A stretch of DNA of 63,389 nucleotides, the filler included, from Vannella sp. (taxonomy: Eukaryota): assembly GCA_023345925.1 (NCBI GenBank). It is 6 parts of 6 records of this genome, joined end to end, with 100 filler letters (N's around TTAATTAATTAA, not from the genome) between each part and the next. Parts side by side here need not be neighbours in the genome. Positions count along the whole stretch, not along the records: positions 35,292 to 54,614 come from JAJQQN010000746.1; positions 54,715 to 63,389 come from JAJQQN010001137.1; 4 more parts are not named here. The stretch is one strand, 5' to 3'. Positions 51,812 to 63,246 of this stretch are shown one piece after another. Positions within the stretch are counted from its first letter, which is position 1. Each line of letters starts with the position of its first letter. The notes beneath the pieces were generated by a model. It saw nothing but the letters and a program-made list of their open reading frames with translations. It was not told the origin of the DNA and ran no database searches. Position numbers and translations under genes: made by a program.

Positions 51812-51905
51812 GGCCGGGGACAGGAGGAAATGAGAGGAGGGAAAGCTAATCTCATGTATTGGGAAGGCGCTGTACAGGAGCAAGAGTATGTTACAAAGGG
51901 CGAGG

Positions 51906-54614
51906 CTACAGGGAAGAAGGTCGGTTGATGAACATCAACAGGACAGTGACGTTGTCGTTGCTGTTATGGTCGAGAGCAGCCTTGCAGAGGGCTTGACACG
52001 CGTACTTCCTTCCTTGGTTCTGGCAGGTTTCCTGTACGATGTGGATCATCTGATCAGGGGTTATCACATCCCACAGTCCATCAGAAGCAATGATAACGAA
52101 CTCATCGTCGTCTTGGATGGTGAAGCGGGTCACTTCAGGGTCGGGGATGACGAACTTTTTGAGGTTGTTGTCACCAATGGAACGGCTCACAGCGAGGATT
52201 CCATTGACTCTCCAAGGTCCACGGCGGACTACGGCACCCCCAGCTTGAACGATTCGTTGTTTCTCATCTTCTCGATCGGGATTGTGTGGGACGGCGATCT
52301 CCAGGGGAGCTCCACCGCGGCAAATGAAGCCTCGGCAGTCGCCCACGTTACCAACAATCAGTTCGCGATTGCGCACCCAAACAGAGAGCACTGTTGAGCC
52401 ACACGCGAACTCTTCACGCTCTTGGACGTCGTTTACTACCTCGTCCACTTCGACGAGCGCATCGTGAATGGCTTTCTCCATGTTATGAGGGAACTCTGAG
52501 TGAGTGCAGACCTTGTGGTGCACTTGGCTACGAATAAAGAGCGATGTGTACTTGCCTGAGTGGCCATCATAGGCCCCAAAGAAGGAATAACGGTCTTGCG
52601 TGTCCAGACCCATGTACTCGTTAAGATGCTCAATAACGGCGAGTTCGTCCTCATTCTGAGGGCGTGGCCCTTTGACAGCAAAGTGGAAAAACTCAAAAGG
52701 CCTCTCTGACACAGCGGACGTATCTTTTGAGAGGTTTGAGAACTTCCTCGTGACGGCGCGTTGAATGTGAGGGACCAGCTTTTGCGTGTCCACTAAAGTA
52801 CGCTTCAAGGTGATTTTTGGAACGCTGGTGTCCTCTTCAGACTCGTCCGATGATAGTGGGCGCTTGAAGGTCTTCTCCTTCTTCTTTGCTCCCGCCGTTT
52901 GGAAAGCTGACAAAGCATTGGTTGCTCGATCTGTTGGTTTGCGATCACCAGCTGCTGGTTGAATGACAAACTTGCCAGTGGTAACCCGCGTGGAGCCCGT
53001 CACGTCCGTTGAGAAGGGCCGAGTGGTTAGACGCGCCGTGGGTCTGACAGGAACGGACTCCGAGTCAGCCTCACCTGTCGAAATAGGTCTACTACTACTC
53101 GAGATTCTTGAAGGTCTAAGAGTGACAGCTTCTTGCTCAGGAGAAGCTGAGCCCAAGTCTTCTGGATCGGTGGTGTCATCGACTGCGGCTGGTGTGACAA
53201 CCGGACGATTGAATGTTCTTTCTGAAGTGGAAGGACGAGTGATCCTCATCCTGGCAGGGAATTTGGGATCCACTGCCACCTCAGGTTGGCCGTCTGCCTC
53301 GCCTTCACTCTCCTCTTGCGTCGCTTTCGGTGTTGCGATGGGACGAGTGAAAGTCTTGGTTGTTGGTGAGATTCGACTGAAGACACGCCCGTGGGACACA
53401 GGAGTCTCAGGTGAGTCGGATGGCGAAGCTCCTTCGTTACCCTCATCTCCGCTATCCTTGGCTCCCTTGAGTGAAATGGTGGGCCTTGTGAAGGTTCTCG
53501 TTGAGGAAATGGGTCGAGTACCTCGAACAAAAGGTTGCGAGATGACTGTTCCTTCAGGGATGGTGTCCGCGTCTGTTGTTTGGTCTTCAACATCACCTCC
53601 CTTCTCTTGTATCTTTGGCGTGATAATAGGGCGTACAAATGTCTTTGTAGAGGAGGTAGGGCGCGTGAAAGTCTTCTCTGTCGGTCGCACCAAAGTGCTC
53701 GTCTTTGGTTCAGACTTTTCCACAGCCTCTTCTGCTGGGGGAACGTTAGAGGGCTGGTCCCCTTCTTCATCGACCTTCTCCTGTGCCTTTGGGGTGATGA
53801 TAGGACGTGTAAATGTTTTCGATGAGGACGTGGGACGGGTGAAAGTCTTCTCTGTTGGTCGAACAATCAAAGTAGGTAACTTTGGTTCAGACTCTTCCAC
53901 AGGAGAGATGCCAGTAACGATAGAGGGTTGATCTCCCTCTTCATCAACCTTCTCCTTCTCCTCCTCCTGTGTCTTTGAGGAGATAACGGGACGTGCGAAT
54001 GTCTTTGGACAGGATGTGGGACGGGAGAGAGTCTTCTCCGCTCGAAAGGCCTCGAGAACGCTCGATTTCTTATCGCTTGCAAGACTGCGTGGGGGCGTGC
54101 TGATCTTAATCGAAGATACAAGCGATCCTTGTGGTGAAGAAAGGCTAAGCTTTCTCGGAGAACAAGGTGCCGCGGCAACAGAGCGCTTTGCCTCCAAACG
54201 AGCTTTCCTCTCCTCCCTCTCCTTCTTGATGGCTTCGGTGCGTTGTTTGGTTGATTCTTTTGACGCTTCGATTTGTTTCTGCTTTTCGTCTTCTCGTTGC
54301 TTGAGGGCAACAGGATCAGGAATCTCAAAGACATGCTCAGCAGTGCAGCCGGCTTGATGCAGCTCCAGAATTTGGAGGGTTATTTGTCGAAGGAGTGTGG
54401 TACCTGTTGATGTGATGGGGCATGGAGAGAGCTCGTCCTCTTGCCTGTGTAATTCCCAGTAGGTCCGTAACGCGATATCCAGGGCAAACGCTTCCACGTC
54501 TTGCGGCCGCAGGTGGTCTACGAAGCTATTTGGATCCTTCTTCCCCCATACATCCTTAGAGATTTGTTTGTGGCATTGCATGGCGATGGAGCGCAGGTCC
54601 GAACCCCGGCGGGT
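51906..54614 (-). CDS. PP2C/PPM phosphatase with long repetitive N-terminal region, 5'-truncated
   Basis: GPRPQNED, YDGHSG, GST, NVGDCR, LAVSRSIGD, ASDGLWD, NDNVT all intact; frame open to contig edge. Confidence 0.93.
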   Translation of the reverse strand, partial: TRRGSDLRSIAMQCHKQISKDVWGKKDPNSFVDHLRPQDVEAFALDIALRTYWELHRQEDELSPCPITSTGTTLLRQITLQILELHQAGCTAEHVFEIPDPVALKQREDEKQKQIEASKESTKQRTEAIKKEREERKARLEAKRSVAAAPCSPRKLSLSSPQGSLVSSIKISTPPRSLASDKKSSVLEAFRAEKTLSRPTSCPKTFARPVISSKTQEEEKEKVDEEGDQPSIVTGISPVEESEPKLPTLIVRPTEKTFTRPTSSSKTFTRPIITPKAQEKVDEEGDQPSNVPPAEEAVEKSEPKTSTLVRPTEKTFTRPTSSTKTFVRPIITPKIQEKGGDVEDQTTDADTIPEGTVISQPFVRGTRPISSTRTFTRPTISLKGAKDSGDEGNEGASPSDSPETPVSHGRVFSRISPTTKTFTRPIATPKATQEESEGEADGQPEVAVDPKFPARMRITRPSTSERTFNRPVVTPAAVDDTTDPEDLGSASPEQEAVTLRPSRISSSSRPISTGEADSESVPVRPTARLTTRPFSTDVTGSTRVTTGKFVIQPAAGDRKPTDRATNALSAFQTAGAKKKEKTFKRPLSSDESEEDTSVPKITLKRTLVDTQKLVPHIQRAVTRKFSNLSKDTSAVSERPFEFFHFAVKGPRPQNEDELAVIEHLNEYMGLDTQDRYSFFGAYDGHSGKYTSLFIRSQVHHKVCTHSEFPHNMEKAIHDALVEVDEVVNDVQEREEFACGSTVLSVWVRNRELIVGNVGDCRGFICRGGAPLEIAVPHNPDREDEKQRIVQAGGAVVRRGPWRVNGILAVSRSIGDNNLKKFVIPDPEVTRFTIQDDDEFVIIASDGLWDVITPDQMIHIVQETCQNQGRKYACQALCKAALDHNSNDNVTVLLMFINRPSSL
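52858..54035 (-). repeat. Coding repeat of [KR]TFxRP motif (about 10 copies) in the PP2C linker
   Basis: KTLSRP, KTFARP, KTFTRP x4, KTFVRP, RTFTRP, RTFNRP, KTFKRP; longer duplicated blocks RPTEKTFTRPTSS and EKVDEEGDQPS. Confidence 0.85.
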
Positions 54615-54714
54615 NNNNNNNNNNNNNNNNNNNNNNNNNNNNNNNNNNNNNNNNNNNNTTAATTAATTAANNNNNNNNNNNNNNNNNNNNNNNNNNNNNN
54701 NNNNNNNNNNNNNN
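54615..54714. other. Artificial contig linker
   Basis: N44-TTAATTAATTAA-N44. Confidence 0.98.
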
Positions 54715-57700
54715 TCAAAGTGTGATGAACAGACTATTCGGAATCGGATGCGCCTGAGGATGACCAAAAGCAAGCCAAAAATTGAGAGGAAGAAACAAGA
54801 AGAGGTTTCCAGCCAAAAACCTAAAGTTCAGAAGCGAGACCGATCGATGTCGTCCCTCCGCAATATCCAACCGCTCCTCGTTTCTGCCTCGCTGTACAAC
54901 GTGAAGCCTGTTGAAACAGTTAGTTTGGACAGTTTGTCCGAGAACAACCTTTCAGTTTCGGTGCCTGAGATTCGGAGAAGTGGCAAAATGAGCTTTGACT
55001 CCACCCCTCGGCTGTTGAAGATTCAAAGAGACCTGTTGGGACTGTTCCAAGGGAAGAATGACATTCCACCGATGAACGTGTTAGTCAATCATCTCAAAGT
55101 GACCTTCCCTTTGATCCCATTCTCCTCTGTAATCAGTACAGAAGGAGACAATATTATCCATTTGGCTGTTCGGCGTAGCTACTCGGAGCTGGATGGCCTT
55201 TTGTACTCTCTGTCCCAGATATTGGGAGGCGATGGAGAGTTTCTTTCCCAGACGAATGTGTCCGGAAACACTCCTCTTCACGTGGCAGTCGTACGAAACA
55301 ACTTTCAAGCGGTTAGAATTCTCCTGAAGCATCGGTTTGCTTTGATGTATGAGGTGAACAAGAAGAAACAGACGCCGCTACATTTGATAGGAATATTCGG
55401 AGGACTTGATGCGTTAGCAGTTCTCCTCGAGCTTGCAAAGCAGCAAAAGCAGCCAGTTCCAGTGTCTTCGCTCGATTTCCAAGCCAACACAGTGTACCAT
55501 CTCGCCTCCATTCACAAGCATGCTGCAGTCATTCATCTTCTTCCTCCGAATCCGGTTCCTGAGATAGCTAACTGCTTTGGCGCTAAGGTTTCAGACTTTC
55601 TCGGGCCATCTGTTCACGAGGGGGAGAACCCGACGCCAGAGTTCAGCCTTCTGCAGTCTCTTAAAGCATCAGACTATGATGCCATTGGGAGATTGCTGGA
55701 AGCTAACCCACACCTGCAGACCACTCGGTTCCCAATCTGCAGGAATGGAAATGCCATTCATTGCGCCTTTCGATTCCATGCGTTAGGGGAGCTACCTGAA
55801 AAGGCCGTGGCTCTACTGTTAGAGAAGGGGGTCGCCCACGATGTTTCTGACGATGATGGTAATATGCCACTTCACATATCTGCCACTCAACCCCGTTCTG
55901 AGTTGGCCTCTCTAATCTTAGAGCGGTCGAAGAAGGAAGACATGTCTTATGCTAATAAGGATGGCAATACTGTGTTTCACATGGTGGCTTATTCAGGATA
56001 CCAGGTCATTGCTGACCTCCTTTTCACTCGCCCCTTCGATTCCGATGCACTCTCTTTATTTAACAGCAATCGACTGACATGCCTGCATATTGCCTGCAAC
56101 GGTGGACACACGGAAATGGCAGCCAGAATGATAAACTCCTCTCTCATTGGTGCTCTAACCGAGCACGGGGAAACTGCACTTCACATTGCCACCCGTCGTG
56201 ACGCATTGGATTTAGTCAAGCTTCTTGTTTCTGCAGCTCCTTCTCTTGTGAACACCTGCGATTCCTTCGGACGAACGCCACTCTTGACTGCAGCAAGCTT
56301 CTTTGCCGTTGGCTCAGCCATGTATCTCCTTGAAAGGAACCGAACAGTTTCAGAGGCCAAGCTCAATCTTGCTCTCAGAGATTCAGATGGATTAACTGCT
56401 TTCCAAATGCTAATTTCTTCTGATTTGAGCAAGACCGACCCAACGAGGAACCGCCAAGAGCTTTATTACAAGCTTCTTGGAGAGTTTATATCACAAGGAG
56501 CTGATATTGAAGCATCTATTGAACATGTTGGGATGTCCCCTCTTATGGTGGCGGCTGCCAACAATCAAATACGAACAGCTCGTTTCCTAATGGAGAATGG
56601 AGCTCGTGCTACATCAATTAACTATTTCAAGGATACCGCTCTCCACTTTGCTGCTGAGAATCAAAGTCCTGAGTTGGTCTCCCTTCTCTTGCAACATCGG
56701 TGAGTCTCTCCTTTAACAATGTATCAATCAGCTCATTAAGGCCACTTAGAGCTGATCCTAACTCGGAGAATACCCAGCAATTCACACCACTTTGGCTATG
56801 TTGTTTGAATGGAGAAGGAGAGAATGCAGGGAAAGTTGCCAGTATTCTATTGGAGCATGGCGCGAGATTAGAGAGTTCAATGAATGCAGAGAAAAAGAAT
56901 GCGTTGCACTATGCAATCGATCACGAGGCAAGTGATGACTTGATTATGCTTCTTGTTGCTGCTTGCCCTAGTGGGAGACTACATGATCTCTTAAATGCGC
57001 CCACCATCCTTGGAGATACAGCTCTATCGCTTGCTATTCACTCGAAGCGATTCAATATTGCAACTCTCCTTACTACTCTTGGCATTCCAGTCCAGTCACG
57101 GCTCCAAAGTAAGCTCAATCTGTCCCATACTTAACATACTTACTAATGGCATTCAGATCTGACTGGAGTTCGCTATTCTGTTTTGAGCCATGAAATCTTT
57201 GAGAGCTCTGGGGAAGTTAGAGTTGAACAGGTTATGGTTCCAGAGCTCGAAGGAGACAGATGGAAAGGAGACTCCACATCTCCTAGGCGCTCTCTTAAGC
57301 TCTCTGCTTCTCGCCCAAGTGATGGCGCGCTCTCACCTCACATTTTACCTGATTTTTGGGGGAGTGATACAATGACTGGGGAACTCCCACGGTTCCCAGA
57401 GCGGCAAGGATTCCGCCAGGAAGCTCGTATTCTCACACTCCTCGGCTCAAATCCTCACATTATCCCCTTCTGCGGGATGCGGGCCCCCAGATTACTGGCT
57501 TACTTGTCCGAAGGAGACAGGCAACTCCGCTGTCCCATTAATCATTTTATCCAACCAGAACATCAAAGCGCTCTTACTGCGCTGAGCTTCGCCCAGCAAT
57601 TAGCAGCAGGACTCAAATTCATTCACCAGTCGCTTCCCTCGAAACCTTCTGTCATCCATAACTGGATCAACCGGTTCTCTGTGTTTGTTACGAATGATAC

Positions 57701-59080
57701 TCAAGTCCAAATTACTTCATTCCAGTATGCAAGCCTCCATGATGACGCGAATGTTCCCATTTATCCTCCCCTTCCGTTCTCTCCTTATACTGCCCCTGAG
57801 ATCATCAAGAGCGGTTTGTGCTCAGAAAAGGTAAGCTAATTGTAGATGTCGTTGCCTTAGTCCTTACAGGGACATCAGTCCGATGTTTACAGCTTTGGGA
57901 TACTTCTTTGGGAGCTTTTGTCTGGAAGAATAGCTTTCAGTGACACTCCAACCATTTCATTGGAGAATGCTGTTATCCAAAATAAGCGCCCTCCCCTCGA
58001 CAAACTTATCCAACTCTGCGACGGTCGGCTTGCAGAACTTCTCTGTCAGTGCTGGAGTCCAGAACCGGACTTGCGACCAACGTTCCAGGCAATCCTGAGC
58101 ACAATTTCTAACCTGACCCATCGAAAAGGGGGAGTCCCTGGTGTTCAACTGAAGGCAAGAATCATTTGTCCTATCCGACAACTACCATCTTTCCGCAACT
58201 GTGAAGAGTTTGGACCCATCGTCACCAATCGAAGGTCAGCTGGGTTCGCAGGTGGATCTGGGGCAAACTTTACTCTTGCTGAAGTTGATGGAGAGCCTGC
58301 TGTTGTGAAGGAATTCTCCGTACCTAACGAGTTCCCTTTGAAGGCTAAAATGGTGTTGGACGAAGTCATCATGCTGAAGAAGTTTTCGGCTGTTCCTACA
58401 ATCAACCGATACTTCTATCACACCTTCAAGGGTGGCCAAATTACGTTGTATGTCAGCGAACGGAGCACCTCCTTGAAAGCTGTCATTCAAGAACGCAAAG
58501 CTGCGGACCCAATCTCATACTTTTCCGTCGGAGAGTGCAGCAAGATTGCCCTTGCTGTAGCCTCTGCTTTGTGGGCTATTCATACTTATTCTCCTGAAGA
58601 CCCAATCGTCCATCGCGATGTCAAGGTAAGGAACCTGAATAGCTTGCTGATGATCAGTCTCACCTGACCCGCCCTAGATCGAAAACATCTTCTTGAACAA
58701 GGGACTTTCCGACATCTGCTTGGGAGACTTTGGAGTGGCAATACATACTTCCGATATTGACTGTCACACAGTCATTGGTACAAGAGGTCGAACAGCTCCG
58801 GAAATCGAACTCAAAGTGCCTTACAGCATAGAAGCAGATAGTGAGGCAATTCCCCTTCTCCTGGACCTTTTACTGACCCGCTGCCCAAGTTTACTCATTT
58901 GGAGTACTTTTATTTGAAGTATTGACCTTCTCTGATGTCGCACGAAGGAATGAGAAACTGCCCAAACGATTAGAGGAGCCAAAGTGGGACACTTTGGTTC
59001 AACTCTTCCGTCATTGTGTCAGAGAAGAAGTCCACGAGCGTCCATCTGCGCAGCAGATTGTTTCTCTTCTTAATTGCTGA
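54715..59080 (+). CDS. Ankyrin-repeat protein with tandem pseudokinase and kinase domains, multi-exon, probably 5'-truncated
   Basis: Many TPLH/TALH ankyrins; domain 1 has YTAPE, SDVYSFG and CW..P..RPTF; domain 2 has AVVKE, HRDVK..N, DFG, APE and DIYSFG. Confidence 0.9.
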
Positions 59081-59097
59081 ACACTGATTGTGCCAAT

Positions 59098-61463
59098 TTA
59101 TGAGAGAACGAATGTCCCCTTGAACGGGCCAGCTTCAGAGGTTTGGAGTAGCGGCTTTCCATTAAACTGATAGACATAAGACACTCTCAAGCACACGAAA
59201 TGGTCTTGAGGTATCACAAGTTGTGTGTTCACAGCAAAAGTGACTTTCTGCAGGAGCCCTTCGATGGGGCCAACAAGCTGGACCGTTGGGTGGATGTGAA
59301 TATCCACACCACGAGGGGTACAAAGGAAGATGCGTTGTAACTTTGCCATGAGCAGTCCTGAGAGAGGGTGCTGTGAGGCGCAGATACACGTGGTGTAAAG
59401 TGGCATTACGGCCCGAAGTGCATTCACATCAAGCGGATGATTCTCCGCGGGTTTGGTGACGTTTGGAGGGTAATTCTCAATAATCATCTTCGTTGGGCCA
59501 AAGAATCGATGTCCCATTGTACATTCATACTCGTACCCAATGAATCCACCGGTAACTCTGACAGGAACTCGAGCCTTTGGATTCATTTGAGGGACTTTGC
59601 GGTTGGAGCGAAGTGCAGGAAACTCTGATTCATCCGTCGTATTTGACATGATCTCAAGATCAAAGGGAGAGAGGAACTTGTTCCGGGTTTTGAAGCCATC
59701 TTGTCCAAGTCCGTTTCGTTGATCATAGGCAGCTCCTGCTCCCAATATCAGCAGACTCCAACCTTCATCTGACGCTGGCAATGGGATGGACTCAAATGAT
59801 GTACAGCAGCGCGCACGGAAGAAGCATTGGTTGGCCTCCTCGATAGTGAACGGGTCCCGGCGACTTCGACGGGACTTTCCACAATTACAAGCTCCTGTCG
59901 TCACATAGTCGGTTTCATGCTCCTTCACATCCACATTTGAAGCTTCTTTTGTTGTAATAGCATGTTCTGGGTGCTTGCAAATATGACCAGTGAGACTGAC
60001 AGCACCGCAGCGGTGCCGCCCAACCCAATGCTGGTCGAGATCAGCAATCAGTTTCTTTCGGTACACTTCTACTTCTGATCCTCTAGCAATTGTATAGAAC
60101 TTTCTCAGCGCTGCTGACTTCCTTCCATCATGCTCTGCCGCCGTGTACAAGTTAGAGAGCTCCATAAAGTAGTGTTCCCTCGCCTGGCTAATTGCTACAC
60201 CACACCTGTAAGTGGAAAACTTTGCCTCCACACCAACATGTGAATTCACATCCACTTTGGTGTCTTTGGGTCCTCTGGAAGTGTCTGAAGGAAATAGGAA
60301 AAAGTCCCCCAACATTTGACTGGTAAAAAACCAGAAGCGCGAAGACGGCAGAGACAAAGAACGACTTTTCAGTGTTTGAGAGGCTAGTTGGAACACAAAA
60401 CGGGAGAATTCTTCCCCTTTTGACCCCTTTTTCAGCACTTCCGTCGATTCAATGGAATAGCCAAGTACCGAAGGGGGCAATCGGCTGGACAAAAGTGAAG
60501 AAAGAGCAGAATTGGGTAAGAGGAGACCCGTTCTCTCCGGGGGTATCACAAGAGCAACCGTTTTGGGGTCCACAGTAAACAGAATTCTGTGCTCCCTTCA
60601 GTTTCAGGCTTTCTGTGAGATCCCAGGGAGCAACTTACCCTTTCCTATCGTTGTCATTAGACATAGATCCAGTTGCACTTCGATCCAGTCCTTTGGTGCG
60701 AAAGAGAATCCGTATTTGCTTCTGCAATTCCGCTGAACCTTCAGGAGAAGTCCGCTGGGGTGCATTTGGAGCATCAGGTGTGCGTAGTACAATGTATAGA
60801 TAAGGTATACACTTGCTGGGGATGAACCGGGACTCGGTGAGAGGAAACTCCAATCCCCGCAACTGTCGAGGGACTAATGCCTCGACCTGGCTTCGTAGAA
60901 CGCTAAAGAACGATTCAATACTATCAGAGACAGATTGCTTGAGGTCCTGAGCCTGCTTTATAAGTCCCATCAGCGGTAGATTCACCACATTGCCCGAATG
61001 CGCGACCTTTATCGCTTGTTAGCATAGGAGAAGGATTAAAGAGAGGTCTGTTACATACAAACACGTAGTGAGAGATCATAAACGCGTACAGAATAGCCTG
61101 AACAGCCTCCTGCTCCACACGATCGTATGAGAGAGGTTCTTTTGGGCCCTTGTTGTCTTCCACAGGCCCCTGATCGAGTCCACATTGTACATGCAAGTAG
61201 ATGATATGCCGATTACTATCGTGAAACATAGACACGGATACCAGACCCCCTGTAGGGCCCACTTGCTCTTCAGGAAGACTCTCCCACTCGTCCTGACCAG
61301 AAAGCAAGCAAAGGACACTACGGCTCGCCTCCACATCACTTCCAACCACACACAGAACACATACAGATTCGTTTCCCAGCCTCAGCTGACCCACCGGACC
61401 TTCCACAGCCCCTAAAAAGCGGTCCAAGCGCGGCAACATCCACGCGCAAGGTCGGTGCATCAT
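59098..61463 (-). CDS. SMG8: Nonsense-mediated decay factor SMG8, multi-exon
   Basis: W..GRHRCGAVSLTGHIC..P.H, ACNCGKSR..R.DPF...EAN..FF..CC, FIGYEYEC..GHRF, AKLQRIF..TP. Confidence 0.9.
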
Positions 61464-61504
61464 CTGCAGGACGAGGAGAGAGTGCTAAACGATGCAATAT
61501 ACAT

Positions 61505-62413
61505 TTATGAGTTAGGAGCAGAAGGCAGCGTCGCCTCTCCTTTGCGGATTTCCCCCAAAACGCTGCTGAGGAGCGCCTCAAGGGAGGGGGTTTTACGAAC
61601 CCCCAGGGAACCGAGCGCGTCGTCGCTGAAGCTGAAGAGGCTCTTACGTGTGTTGCGGCTGAGGTTGAGTCCGCTTCCGCTGCCGCTGCCTGAAGGGGGA
61701 GTGAGTCCTCCTCCATCGAAGAGGTCGACGGTTGGCTCTGCAACGGTGCGGAAGGGGAGATCCCAGGATGTGTTGGATGGTGGAGGACCTCTGGGAGGAA
61801 GAGGGCGGCTGGAAGGGTGGTGCTTGAGGGAGAGGAACGGAGTGGAAGAGCAGTCCATGCTGTCTTCTGATTCTGTGCGCTTACCAGCACTCTCTCCCTC
61901 CTCCTTAACAGTGAGCCGACTGAGGTCTCTCTCAGAGAACAAGCCCAGCATCCGCACGCTCTCCAGCGAGGGTGGGCGGCAAAAGGGGTCGGGGGTGACC
62001 TGTATGGAGGGAAGGAGGACCTCCTCTCGTCCAATGCTCCGACGAGTAGCTAAAGGACTTGATCCTACCACCAAGGGCCGACGCTCAAGAGGCAAGGAGC
62101 CCCCAGCGACGAGAAAGGAGTTGGCGTTCTTGTCCATGACGGAATGGTCGATAACAACACTGTGAGGGGAAGGGCGTGGTATGATAGGACTAGTAGAAGA
62201 TGCAAAGACACTTGCAGACCCTTCCTCTACACTCTTCTTTGTCCGCTTCTTCTTCGGAGCATCAACGCAAGACTCATGGAGGTGCCTTGACCGACAGCGC
62301 AGGCAAGGGCGGCTTTCGTCACAAGCTGTCTTCGATTGCCGACAGTTCGAACACGCTCGGCTGATCTGCTTCCTCTTACGCGAATTGTCCTGCCCGCCAA
62401 ACTGAGGCTCCAT
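61505..62413 (-). CDS. Zn(2)-Cys(6) binuclear cluster transcription factor
   Basis: RKRKQISRACSNCRQSKTACDESRPCLRCRSRHLHESC followed by a Ser/Pro-rich region. Confidence 0.88.
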   Translation of the reverse strand: MEPQFGGQDNSRKRKQISRACSNCRQSKTACDESRPCLRCRSRHLHESCVDAPKKKRTKKSVEEGSASVFASSTSPIIPRPSPHSVVIDHSVMDKNANSFLVAGGSLPLERRPLVVGSSPLATRRSIGREEVLLPSIQVTPDPFCRPPSLESVRMLGLFSERDLSRLTVKEEGESAGKRTESEDSMDCSSTPFLSLKHHPSSRPLPPRGPPPSNTSWDLPFRTVAEPTVDLFDGGGLTPPSGSGSGSGLNLSRNTRKSLFSFSDDALGSLGVRKTPSLEALLSSVLGEIRKGEATLPSAPNS

Positions 62414-62776
62414 CACTGTGCAAGCCAAGCCGGGCTCCCAAACAATGGAGACGAAGAGGAGGAGTTGTCAAGTTTAGTACGGCACGGCTGGGTTCTGTCT
62501 TCTTCGTAGAGAAGGTGAGGATGAGGATGGAGGTCATGAAGGATGTCTTCTGGCACTGAAACGTTCCTTTGATGAAAGCAGAGGAGCGTGATCAACGAAA
62601 TAGGCTGAAGTGTTCATCTAACTCGGTCACATGATGAGCTTCTCAGGAGAATCCAGCCCAAGGGTGTCTGAGTAGTTTTACTATGGTGAAAGCGAAGGAA
62701 GTCAGAGAGCTAATAAAGCGCAAACTCGATCGATTTGTGGTCGATTTCAGTTTCGTCTTTGCCGCTCGCTCTCGTC

Positions 62777-63246
62777 ATGGCTCTCCGCCCATCTTGCGCT
62801 CTTCGTTGCTGTGTGCAGGCTGCGCAAAGGGTAGCTTGTCTTCCTGTGACTCGTGCCTTCTTTGCACCGCCTCCTGGGCCTAATATCACGACTAAGAACG
62901 CTCACGGCCTCTACACGGTGAGGGCTCTTCTCTTCATGAGATCTCTCGCTCATCTTTAACGCAGCCACAACCTTCCATTGACCTTGTCCATGAGGCCCCT
63001 CCAACTGTAGTGACAGCAACAAACATCCGCTGCGATGGTGGTAAGAAGGAGCCCCTTTGGAGCAGAAGAGGCGATTCGCTCACTAGTTGGCCTTTAGGTG
63101 GTGTTCTGGGACACCCTGTAGTGTACATCAGCTTGGAGAAGGAAGGGAGAGTGCGCCAATGCATGTACTGCAGTGCCCGCTTTGTTCGATACGGTCATGG
63201 CCACGGCCACGACCACGGTCATGCTGATTCCCACTCCAAGGAGTAA
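62777..63246 (+). CDS. NDUFS6: Complex I zinc-finger subunit (13 kDa-A), three exons
   Basis: Mitochondrial-type presequence MALRPSCALR; spliced IDLVHEAPP...IRCDGGGVLGHPVVYISL....CMYCSARF. Confidence 0.9.

Noticed and set aside
52963..53931. 322-aa plus-strand ORF (and similar antisense ORFs at 11471-12558 and 61455-62165)
   Set aside because: Shadow frames of repetitive or low-complexity coding sequence on the opposite strand; no recognisable motifs
9349..54714. Five copies of palindromic TTAATTAATTAA as a biological repeat or transposon target site
   Set aside because: Each is centred in exactly 44+44 N; this is a synthetic six-frame-stop linker for concatenating contigs
61505..62413. Zn2Cys6 factor as evidence of a fungal genome or recent fungal transfer
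   Set aside because: The family also occurs in amoebozoans and other protists, and HERC1-like, SMG8 and GPS proteins fit a non-fungal protist
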